Shown: piece by piece, positions 21,409 through 29,578 of the stretch
Layout of the letters: the number at the start of each line of letters is the position of its first letter
Numbering within the stretch: the stretch's first letter is position 1
Source of the DNA: an uncultured Gammaproteobacteria bacterium
GTDB taxonomy: Bacteria > Patescibacteriota > Patescibacteriia > Patescibacteriales > JAKAJF01
DNA: 47,191 nt
NCBI GenBank assembly: GCA_964360445.1
Contig: CAYHWE010000001.1
Coordinates: 221-47,411 of the forward strand
Direction: 5' to 3'
Translations under genes and position numbers: made by a program
Notes under the pieces: model-generated
The model's input: only the letters and a program-made list of their open reading frames with translations
Databases searched by the model: none
What the model was told of the DNA's origin: nothing

Positions 21409-21536
21409 ACATAAACATCGCTGGCTCCATAGTCCCTTCAGAGTTGTGGAGCCTTTTTGCAATAGTCAGCACTGTGGCTCCATAGTGCTGACGCAACTAT
21501 GGAGCCAGCAGAGGGAGAAAAAGCAGGGGTTGGAAT

Positions 21537-21565
21537 TTGACGTAAAATGACTTTTGTGTTATGCT
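21537..21565 (+). promoter_or_regulatory. Sigma70-like promoter of the DGR target gene
   Basis: TTGACG-17 bp-TATGCT with extended -10 TG. Confidence 0.55.
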
Positions 21566-21636
21566 AATTTAGCAAGAATTAGCTTGCGTTGGCCTGGCAA
21601 ATCCAGGAATAACGATCATTTAAAAGGAGAATTTCG

Positions 21637-22338
21637 ATGACGACAGGGTCGATCACGAAAAAAGTAACGAGCGGACAGGAAAAGCAGTGGGGACGGTTTG
21701 TCGAGGATACAATCTGCGAAGCACGCAAGCAGGTGGCGATTGATAAGGGCGCAATGCAGAGTCTTCTCGGCAACGGCGACAAGGTTAGGGCAGGGATTAT
21801 TGACCTGCTTATTAAACATTCGGCATCCGACGACAGGTTCGGGCTGGTTACAGCCTTTAAGCTCACGGTTCCGAAAGGCTACAGCCATGACACGCAGCTT
21901 GCGATTTTCGCTTCGTTCGCGAAAAACAAGTCCGAAAAGTTCTATTATTACAATGACAATATAACGGACGAAAATTTCGCCAAGGTGACGCAGAAGCTCG
22001 TTCCGGGCAAGACCTACGGGGTCAAGATTTTCCAAATTAAGAGCTATGTAACATCGGAAGACTGCCTGGCATTTCTTGCCTCGCAGAGAGCGATACTCGT
22101 CGGGGCACAGGGTCTTTCCCTAGTCAGACAGCTCAAAAAGGATCAGTTTCCGACGATTGGGAAATGGACGGTCTCTTTCGACGAGAAAGACGCTCTTTGG
22201 GCTGACGGCGACGGTGACCACAGGGTGCCGTACTTGTATCGGTATTCGGACGGCGACTGGGGTTTCGACCTCGGCGGCTTCGAGGGGGACTGGAATGGCG
22301 ACGGCTGTCTTCTTTGCTTCTGCGACTTAAGCGCTTAG
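21637..22338 (+). CDS. DGR target protein (233 aa) with C-terminal variable region; CLec-like fold presumed
   Basis: The last ~45 codons contain the VR; SD AAAGGAG; no signal peptide visible. Confidence 0.92.
   Translation: MTTGSITKKVTSGQEKQWGRFVEDTICEARKQVAIDKGAMQSLLGNGDKVRAGIIDLLIKHSASDDRFGLVTAFKLTVPKGYSHDTQLAIFASFAKNKSEKFYYYNDNITDENFAKVTQKLVPGKTYGVKIFQIKSYVTSEDCLAFLASQRAILVGAQGLSLVRQLKKDQFPTIGKWTVSFDEKDALWADGDGDHRVPYLYRYSDGDWGFDLGGFEGDWNGDGCLLCFCDLSA
22201..22323 (+). repeat. DGR variable repeat (VR)
   Basis: Ungapped 123-bp match to 22661-22783 with 14 mismatches, all opposite TR adenines. Confidence 0.97.
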
Positions 22339-22375
22339 GCGCTTGGCCGCTTAGGTCTTTAGACCTTAGACTCTT

Positions 22376-22410
22376 AGAGCCTCTGCTATATGCAGGGGCT
22401 CTGTTTTTTT
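22376..22410 (+). terminator. Hairpin with T tract after the target gene (terminator and/or DGR target-recognition hairpin)
   Basis: agagcctctgc-tatat-gcaggggctct followed by gttttttt. Confidence 0.7.
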
Positions 22411-22660
22411 ATATAATATTTTTAGATATGGTTAGGATATGCGGCTAAGGCTTCATGCTATCTTATCTTGTAAAGGAATTTTACGAGGAGTTCATCGGGT
22501 AAAACTTTATGAATGAGAGTAATCCTTTATGAAAAAATTAAATAAGTCGGTGCGGTGTGCTAATGAGCATAAAACCTCTAATGATAGACAGGCTCAGGAT
22601 AAAATACAGGGAATGACCGGTGTTGTTCCCGGTGGAAAAGGAAGGCACGCCGTACATACC

Positions 22661-22783
22661 GCTGACGGCGACGGTAACCACAGGGTGCCGAACTTGAATC
22701 GGAATTCGGACGGCGACTGGAATTTCAACCTCGGCAACTTCGAGAAGGACTGGAATGACGACAACTGTCTTCTTTGCTTCTGC
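22661..22783 (+). ncRNA. DGR template repeat (TR), core of the template RNA
   Basis: Adenine-bearing copy of the VR, with 9 AAY codons in the target reading frame. Confidence 0.95.
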
Positions 22784-22802
22784 CACTTATTTGATTCTCT
22801 CG

Positions 22803-23212
22803 CTATTTATTGGCGGGAGTTTTTTCTTGCAAACTCTTTTTCCAACCGCCGAGCATACGGCCGATCTCGTCAAGTGAAACGATGAAATCTCCGTAATTGG
22901 AATGACTGATGATTTTTTGCTCCCAGCTTATTTGGATGAAAAATTTTAGAAGGTCACATTTTCCGGTTGCCTGGGATACGTGTGATAATTTTTCGAATTT
23001 ATCATGAGCAAAAGAGGCTCTGAATATCAACTCGAGAAAAGATAAAAAAGTATCATCAATTCTCGCCCCGATAGAATACCTATCGATACGGTTAAGATTC
23101 GACAGATTTTTATGCCAAATTTGATAAATTTCTTTGGCCCTGACGAGAGCTAAGGGTGATTGTGCTGAAACAGAAGGGGGGGGGGTGTAATATTAATAGA
23201 ATGTTTAAGCAT
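22803..23212 (-). pseudogene. avd: Avd-like accessory variability determinant (four-helix-bundle family), frameshifted relative to ATG 23212 at a C10 tract; possibly phase-variable
   Basis: Frame is open from 23192 to 22803 (...KEIYQIWH...DRYSIGARIDD.FL..LELIF...EIGRMLGGWKK) with no ATG/GTG/TTG before TTG 23030; ATG 23212 joins this frame if the tract is C11 or C8. Confidence 0.8.
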
Positions 23213-24190
23213 AAGTATAGAACAATAATTAAGATTGAAAATCTCATCGAAACTTGGGAATATTTTTTGCGCGGCAAGCGGCACAAAAAAGATGTCGCGA
23301 TTTTCCAAGCCGATTTATCGGCTAATTTGGCGAGTCTTTATTATTCATTGGCGAGTTATTCATATAAACATGGCGGTTATACGGCATTTAACGTGTCTGA
23401 TCCGAAGCCGCGGAATATCCATAAGGCGACAGTGCGCGACCGCGTCCTACATCATCTCATATATAAGGCGCTTTATCCTTATTTTGAGGCTAAATTCATT
23501 TACGATTCTTATTCATGTAGGGAAAATAAGGGCGTTCACCGGGCGCTAGATAGATTCAAGTATCTTGCCGGGAAAGTTTCCAAAAATAATTCCCAAACTT
23601 GTTATGTGTTGAAATGCGATATCAAGAAATTCTTTGCCTCTATTGATCATGATGTTTTGTGTAAGATATTGGAAAGGCACATAGAGGATCGTGACATTCT
23701 ATGGCTGATCAGACAGGTCGTTTCAAGTTTTTATTCAACTAGACAGGGGATCGGGCTGCCTCTTGGAAATCTCACATCGCAATTGTTGGTTAATATCTAC
23801 ATGCATGAGTTTGACATGTTTATAAAGCAAGAGCTCCGTGTTAAATATTATATCAGATACGCTGATGACTTCGTAGTCTTATCTGACAACGAAGAGTATC
23901 TCAGTGACCTTCTGTCGAAGATAAGGAAGTTTTTAGGCGAGAGATTGAAATTAACACTTCATGATCATAAGGTATATATTAAAACTTACAATTCCGGCTT
24001 GGATTTTCTTGGCTGGATTCATTTTCCTTATTATAGGCAATTAAGATCGTCCACTAAGCGTAAGATTGTCAGAAAATTAAAAAATTATCCTAAGAAAGAA
24101 ACGGTTATGTCTTATCGCGGGCTTTTAAGTTATGGCAATACCTATAAATTGAAAAAACGAGTTGGTCTATTTGATCAAGGAAGTGATTAA
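23201..24190 (+). CDS. DGR reverse transcriptase
   Basis: PK.R.I, RDRVLHH, LKCDIKKFF.SIDH, GLPLGNLTSQ, YIRYADDF and DFLG; ATG 23201 preferred over GTG 23156. Confidence 0.97.
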   Translation: MFKHKYRTIIKIENLIETWEYFLRGKRHKKDVAIFQADLSANLASLYYSLASYSYKHGGYTAFNVSDPKPRNIHKATVRDRVLHHLIYKALYPYFEAKFIYDSYSCRENKGVHRALDRFKYLAGKVSKNNSQTCYVLKCDIKKFFASIDHDVLCKILERHIEDRDILWLIRQVVSSFYSTRQGIGLPLGNLTSQLLVNIYMHEFDMFIKQELRVKYYIRYADDFVVLSDNEEYLSDLLSKIRKFLGERLKLTLHDHKVYIKTYNSGLDFLGWIHFPYYRQLRSSTKRKIVRKLKNYPKKETVMSYRGLLSYGNTYKLKKRVGLFDQGSD

Positions 24191-24219
24191 AATTGCTTAA
24201 ATTAGCAATTTTAGGGAAC

Positions 24220-24247
24220 TTGACATATCCTGAAAACCTGTTAATAT
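24220..24247 (+). promoter_or_regulatory. rplJ promoter
   Basis: TTGACA-16 bp-TAATAT with extended -10 TG. Confidence 0.5.
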
Positions 24248-24265
24248 ATATCTATAATCAAATAA

Positions 24266-24350
24266 AGCCATAGACAGTAGGCCTCCAAATAAGCCCTACC
24301 GAGGTGAAAACAATATCTTTTAGAGTTATTGCTCGTGTCTGTGGTTGCCC
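24266..24350 (+). promoter_or_regulatory. Ribosomal protein L10 leader (autoregulatory RNA)
   Basis: AGACAGTAGG...TAA..CCTACCGAGG core directly upstream of rplJ. Confidence 0.8.
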
Positions 24351-24456
24351 CACAGTTTTTTATTTTATACACAAATTAGCACAAATTTAAAACAAATTGA
24401 CACAAATAAATCCGTGTAAATCTGTAAAAAAATCTGTGTAAATATGTTTTATCCAT

Positions 24457-24993
24457 ATGCCAAAGACAAAAGGACAAAAGCAGGCAATATTAGCTGAATT
24501 ATTCGATAAAGTCAGTAAAGCGAAATCAATCGTCTTTACCCAATTTAACGGGTTAGAAGCTAAGGAAAATGAAGAGTTGAGAAAGGAATTGCGTGCTGAA
24601 AACAGCGAATATTATGTAGCAAAAAAGACTTTGCTCGATATCGCTTTGAAGAATTCGAACATCAATGACGTTGATGTAAGGAACTTGCCAGGACAGATCG
24701 CTGCAGTATTCGGATACGGAGATGAAGTTACTCCAGCTAAGATCGTTGATAAATTCGTAGATAAATTCAAGAAAGAAAAGACAAACAAGATCGAATTTGT
24801 CGGCGGTGTATTGGAAAATAAGTTCTTATCAGCTGTAAGCGTCAGTGAATTGGCTAAATTGCCAAGCAAGCAAGAACTTTATGCGAAATTGGTCGGCACG
24901 ATCAACGCTCCGGTTTCCGGCTTCGTAAATGTATTGGCTGGCAATCTGCGCGGTTTAGTGACTGTCTTGAAAGCTATTGAGGGTAAGAAGTAA
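24457..24993 (+). CDS. rplJ: 50S ribosomal protein L10
   Basis: V.KKTL and LAKLPSKQEL.AKLVG..NAP motifs; upstream of rplL. Confidence 0.96.
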   Translation: MPKTKGQKQAILAELFDKVSKAKSIVFTQFNGLEAKENEELRKELRAENSEYYVAKKTLLDIALKNSNINDVDVRNLPGQIAAVFGYGDEVTPAKIVDKFVDKFKKEKTNKIEFVGGVLENKFLSAVSVSELAKLPSKQELYAKLVGTINAPVSGFVNVLAGNLRGLVTVLKAIEGKK

Positions 24994-25134
24994 AATATAA
25001 TTCGAATTCTACAAATGTAATTCGAATACCCCAAATGGGTGGTATATATTAAAATTTAATTAATAAATAAATTAAAAATAATTCGAGGCATTAGAATAAA
25101 ATTCGAGGCATTAGAATTATAATTATTCAAAATT

Positions 25135-25536
25135 ATGACAGAAGAAATCAAAGAAGTCCCAGAAAAGTTCAAACCATTGGTTGAACAGATTGAAAAAATG
25201 TCAGTTCTAGACTTAGCTGAATTGGTTAAGGTTTTAGAAGACAAGTTCGGAGTTTCAGCATCAGCGCCAGCTATGATGATGGCTATGCCAGGAGCAGGAG
25301 CAGGAGCTGCAGCAGCTGAAGAGAAAACAAGCTTCAATGTTGAAATAACTGAAGCAGGCGCAAACAAGATCAACGTCATCAAGGCTGTCCGCGAAATCAC
25401 CCAGATCGGCTTGAAAGAAGCCAAGGATTTGGTAGACGGAGCTCCAAAGATGGTCAAGGAAGGCGTTAAGAAGGAAGAAGCTGAAGAAATGAAGAAGAAA
25501 TTAGAAGAAGCTGGCGCAAAGGTAACTTTGAAATAA
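25135..25536 (+). CDS. rplL: 50S ribosomal protein L7/L12
   Basis: [28 protein letters not shown] and LEEAGAKV. Confidence 0.98.
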   Translation: MTEEIKEVPEKFKPLVEQIEKMSVLDLAELVKVLEDKFGVSASAPAMMMAMPGAGAGAAAAEEKTSFNVEITEAGANKINVIKAVREITQIGLKEAKDLVDGAPKMVKEGVKKEEAEEMKKKLEEAGAKVTLK

Positions 25537-25565
25537 GCTTTTCTCGATCCGCCGGCTGGCGGAAT

Positions 25566-25597
25566 AAAAAAATGCCCGTTAAAACGGGCATTTTTTT
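25566..25597. terminator. Bidirectional terminator between convergent genes
   Basis: aaaaaaatgcccgtt-aa-aacgggcattttttt. Confidence 0.85.
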
Positions 25598-25608
25598 GTG
25601 CTTAAATT

Positions 25609-27843
25609 TTAGAATCCGCTTTTATAGACAGATGATCCGCTCAGGATGTAGAATGTCTTATTCTTTTCGTCAACGGCAAAGTCTTTGATTTCTTTGTCGG
25701 TCGTATATTGTATGAAGAATTTCCCATTCTTATCAAAGACGATGATCCTTTTCTGCGACGGCTCCAGGATGTAGATGAAGTTGTTATCCGTTCTCGCGAT
25801 CAATTTTGCCGGATTGTTGATTGCCGGCTCGACATCTTCCAGGGCGAAATTTTCCTGCCGGCCTTTCAATAATTTGATCAATTCCCCGTCTGATCTTAAT
25901 GCATAAATGTTACCGTCGATGTCCATACTGACAGCGTCATCCAGGCTGATGTTTTCTTTCAGCCATTTTGTCCTTTCAAAACCCGGGCCTTTTTTTGCCA
26001 GGCTGTAAATTTCATTGCCGTCGATGATGTATAATTTTCCGTTAAAACTGACGGCGCCTTTCAAGTCGGCCAATCGCGTATTGATCGCCGCATTTTCCAT
26101 CTGCTGGTTTTTCGTGTTATAGATCACGACTTTCTTGTCATCAAAATAATAAATATTGCCATTCTTATCCAGAGTCGGTTTTTCAAGATTTGCCGCGTCC
26201 GTTTTTACCGAGGAAACTTTGCTGTCGGCCAGGTCCAAGGCGAAGATGGAGTTATGGCCGGCGGCATAGAGCTTGTTTCCATCCATCGTCAGATTTTTCA
26301 GATCGGTATTTTCCGATGGGATCAGGGCGATTTCCTGCAGCTTGTCCAATTTTACCGCATGTCTTATTTTTTCCAGATATCCGTCATATTTATCGCTAAG
26401 GATGGAATAGTTCTTATCAGTTTGCGGCAGCTTGCCTAATAAATCTTTTATTTCCGGAAGCAGCTTTTTTATTTCCGATTCGTTATCATACAGAAGATCC
26501 GCTTCGATCTGGTTCTGTTTCTGCTCTATTTCCCGGACAATGGAATTTATATTTTTTTCCCTTTCGATTTTCTTGTTTTTGAAATTAAGGAAATTTATAT
26601 TAAAAATGAGGATGATCAGGCAGCCGAAGGTGATGCCGAAAAGGATCTTATTCATCCTGCTGAGATCTTTAAGCCAGAGCCTGAAAGCGAAGGACAGAGC
26701 GCGCGCTTTTCCGACCATCAGCCCGGGCTGTGATTTTATATTTTTCAGCAGATTGAACAAATTTTCTTTATTAGATGCGGTCTTGGATATGAATATTATC
26801 AGGCTGAAAGCATAGGAAAAGAATATCCTTATGGCGCCGAAAACATAGGCAAATATGAAAGACGGTTTCCTTTTGAAAAATATCTTATCTTTGAGCCCGC
26901 CGATCGGAGCCGGATTTTTCCGTCCGTTTTTTATCAGCCTGCCCAGTATTTTCCTGAAACTTACGTAACCTCCTGGCGCAAGGAATTTTTCCGTGCTTTC
27001 TTCGACATTGTTAAGATTGGAAATAGAGGCATGGGTCGAGCTTGTGATTATTTCTTTTTTCGGTTCCAATTCGTAGGATCCGTAGGTATTTTTTATGACT
27101 ATCCCCAGGAAAGAGACGTAGGAATTGATCTGGGACAGGATATTCCTTATCTGTTCCACTGCGCCGGCCGGGGGAAGGGTGGTTACTATCTCTGTCATCT
27201 GCTTGCCGGTCAGGTATTCGGAAACAGCTTCATTGGTAAAGACGAAATAGCCGCCGACAGGAATCGTCCCGCTTATTATGTTGGAGAAAATTTTTGCCTG
27301 GTTTATCGGACCGTTTTCATTCTCTTTCGTATGATCTATTATATTTATCAATTTATAGCATTGCTTTTCCTGGCAGGCGGCCCTATTATTATTTTTTGAT
27401 TTCGCGGCCGGATTTTCTTTGTAAATCAAAAAGGCTTTCGGCTTGCCTATGCTTGAGAAGTAAAGATCGTTTTCATGGATTATACCGACAAGGGCGTTGA
27501 TCAGGCTGAGATCAGTATCGATTTTTTCGCTTTGCAGGAAGTCGTTTAAATTCTTGTTGGTCTTTGCAATCGCCAATTCGAATATGTGTTCTATTTTTAT
27601 ATTCTGATTTTTTTCCCGCAATACCAGCTTTTCATTCTGATAATAATTATGCTCTATGTTCTGGATCAGGAAATCGATCATTTTCAGGTCGCTCGCGGTC
27701 TTTGACTCTATTTCAATCAAAAAAAACAGCTTGCCGGCCAGATTTTCCTTTTCCGAATCCGGTTGGGCAATATGAATATCGCTGGTTGTGCCTGTTTTTT
27801 TTTCAGCACCCCTCAGAATCAATTGGGCTAGTTTATAATGCAT
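25609..27843 (-). CDS. Membrane-anchored hypothetical protein (744 aa): possible degenerate PP2C-like N-terminal domain, TM, coiled coil and C-terminal beta-propeller (NHL-like)
   Basis: Repeats such as IDGNIYAL, IYILEP...RIIVFDKNG and DFAVDE; central hydrophobic segments. Confidence 0.7.
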   Translation of the reverse strand: MHYKLAQLILRGAEKKTGTTSDIHIAQPDSEKENLAGKLFFLIEIESKTASDLKMIDFLIQNIEHNYYQNEKLVLREKNQNIKIEHIFELAIAKTNKNLNDFLQSEKIDTDLSLINALVGIIHENDLYFSSIGKPKAFLIYKENPAAKSKNNNRAACQEKQCYKLINIIDHTKENENGPINQAKIFSNIISGTIPVGGYFVFTNEAVSEYLTGKQMTEIVTTLPPAGAVEQIRNILSQINSYVSFLGIVIKNTYGSYELEPKKEIITSSTHASISNLNNVEESTEKFLAPGGYVSFRKILGRLIKNGRKNPAPIGGLKDKIFFKRKPSFIFAYVFGAIRIFFSYAFSLIIFISKTASNKENLFNLLKNIKSQPGLMVGKARALSFAFRLWLKDLSRMNKILFGITFGCLIILIFNINFLNFKNKKIEREKNINSIVREIEQKQNQIEADLLYDNESEIKKLLPEIKDLLGKLPQTDKNYSILSDKYDGYLEKIRHAVKLDKLQEIALIPSENTDLKNLTMDGNKLYAAGHNSIFALDLADSKVSSVKTDAANLEKPTLDKNGNIYYFDDKKVVIYNTKNQQMENAAINTRLADLKGAVSFNGKLYIIDGNEIYSLAKKGPGFERTKWLKENISLDDAVSMDIDGNIYALRSDGELIKLLKGRQENFALEDVEPAINNPAKLIARTDNNFIYILEPSQKRIIVFDKNGKFFIQYTTDKEIKDFAVDEKNKTFYILSGSSVYKSGF

Positions 27844-27905
27844 CTTTTGACTATTATTTATGCCTATATTATACTATAAAAGTATATAATCCACAAATTA
27901 CAAAT

Positions 27906-28523
27906 ATGCTAAGCAGTCTGTTCGGCTCCAATGCCAGGGTGAAAATCCTAAAATTATTTTTGTTGAATCCTCATAAGAAATACTATGTCAGGCAGCTGGC
28001 CAGGGATTTGAAATTGCAGGTGAATTCCGTGCGCAGAGAGCTTGATAATCTCGAAAAGATAGGGTTGCTCGGTTTCAGCGTGGGCAAGGATAGTCCGGAT
28101 TGCGATGATAACCAGGATGAATCGGGCCAAGCAGGCAAGCAGGATAAGAAATTTTTCCAGGTCAATCCTGACTTTATCATTTTCGAAGAGATAAAAGCGC
28201 TGATGCTGAAATCCCAGGGTTTGCATAAGGATGATTTTATAGACAGGCTGAGAAAGAGCGGAAAAATTAAATTGCTGATATTGTCGGGTATTTTCGTGAA
28301 CAACAAGGATTCGGCGGTCGATCTGCTCATTGTCGGGAATCTCGATAAGGACAAGCTCATGAAGCAGATCAGGGAATTGGAGAAAGAATTGGGCAAGGAA
28401 ATAAATTTTACGATCATGGATGTCAAGGAATTCATGTATAGACGCGATATGACCGATGTGTTCCTGTATAGCGTATTGGAAAGCAGGAAGATGATAGCTA
28501 TCGATGAAATAGGATTAAGCTAA
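27906..28523 (+). CDS. Winged-helix transcriptional regulator with a C-terminal nucleotidyltransferase-like domain
   Basis: LFGS.ARVKIL, YYVRQLAR...NSVRREL.NL and VDLLIVG. Confidence 0.75.
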   Translation: MLSSLFGSNARVKILKLFLLNPHKKYYVRQLARDLKLQVNSVRRELDNLEKIGLLGFSVGKDSPDCDDNQDESGQAGKQDKKFFQVNPDFIIFEEIKALMLKSQGLHKDDFIDRLRKSGKIKLLILSGIFVNNKDSAVDLLIVGNLDKDKLMKQIRELEKELGKEINFTIMDVKEFMYRRDMTDVFLYSVLESRKMIAIDEIGLS

Positions 28524-28705
28524 ATTCAAAAAAAACAGCCTTAAAGCCGCTGAAAAGTGGTTTTTTTGTTATTTTATCCAATTTTAGCTTAAATATGCCA
28601 ATTATTGGCCGTTCTTGGCCATTCAAAAATGTCAGGGGTTTTATCCCTTGACATTTTTGCTATTTTGTGCTAAGATTGCATATTCTCTTTTTTTTAAAAA
28701 AATAT

Positions 28706-29434
28706 ATGGAGATAAATGAGTTTTTCAAATTGATCGGAAAAAGAAAGCAGACTATTTTTGCAATAGTGCTGCTTTTTGTATTCGTGGCTTCTGTCTTGAC
28801 CCTGATCCAGCCGTTGAGGTATGAATCAAGGTCAAAACTTCTGGTCTTACAGGATTTCGGAGATAATTTTGATCCATACTCAGCGGCAAAATCAAATGAA
28901 TATTTAAGCAATCTTTTGGCCAGGATAACGACTTCCGAGGTTTTTTTTGAAGAGATGGCTGACTCCGGATTCAATGTGGACGGGAAATATTTTTCCGACA
29001 GGGCTGACAAAAAATTGAAGATCTGGGAAAAGACGGTTGTTGCGAAAGCGGTCAATGATTCCGGAATCATTTCCGTGAATATATATCATACGGACAGGTA
29101 TCAGACCGAGCAGATCGCAAGGGCTGTCAATTATGTCTTGAAAACAAAAAATAGCCAATTTTACGCCGGCGGTTCGAGCGTTAACATAAAAGTCATCGAT
29201 GAACCGATCGTTTCAAAATGGCCGGTCAAACCGAACGCGCCTTTGAATATCGGTTTCGCTGTCATCCTTGGTTTTATTTCCGGATTGTTTTATATTTATA
29301 TCCTGCCGGACGAAAAATACAGCTTGCGCATCCTGCCGAAACCGAGGAACAGGATCGAATATTCGAAAGTTGAAGAAAATATTTCCGTTCCTGATTCTTT
29401 TGAAAGAGGCAGTATAAGGAATGTCGCAGGCTAA
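28706..29434 (+). CDS. Wzz/CpsC-like polysaccharide chain-length determinant
   Basis: Two terminal TM segments, P..YES...LLV and PVKPN..LN motifs. Confidence 0.8.
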   Translation: MEINEFFKLIGKRKQTIFAIVLLFVFVASVLTLIQPLRYESRSKLLVLQDFGDNFDPYSAAKSNEYLSNLLARITTSEVFFEEMADSGFNVDGKYFSDRADKKLKIWEKTVVAKAVNDSGIISVNIYHTDRYQTEQIARAVNYVLKTKNSQFYAGGSSVNIKVIDEPIVSKWPVKPNAPLNIGFAVILGFISGLFYIYILPDEKYSLRILPKPRNRIEYSKVEENISVPDSFERGSIRNVAG

Positions 29435-29578
29435 TTGCGCCTTGATCAGATTGCTTTTTTTAAAGCGCTCTGATGAGGGAGTAATGGTGATTTTTTTTAC
29501 AGGAAGTGTTGCACTTTGACAAAATAAAAAAAGTCCGCCTTAGGCGGAAAAAAACAAAAAAAGAGGGAGGGGATTACA

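Larger units (their letters stand above)
21637..24190. mobile_element. Diversity-generating retroelement (target/VR, TR, antisense avd, RT)
   Basis: VR/TR pair with adenine-only mismatches, Avd-like frame and DGR-type RT. Confidence 0.97.

Noticed and set aside
22529-22885. 118-aa ORF similar to the target C-terminus, suggesting a second target gene
   Set aside because: It is the TR read in the VR frame (Asn-rich AAY codons), and its 3' part overlaps avd antisense. It is probably not a protein, though translation is not excluded.
23156-24190. RT as a group II intron, retron or CRISPR-associated RT
   Set aside because: It is short, shows no recognisable maturase, endonuclease or Cas1 domain, has the LGNLTSQ motif and sits next to a TR/VR pair and avd.
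27564-27905. N-terminal extensions in the ORF track (27564; likewise 589, 9531, 14299 and 42620)
   Set aside because: They overlap neighbouring genes or repeats, and recognisable protein sequence starts at the downstream ATGs used above.
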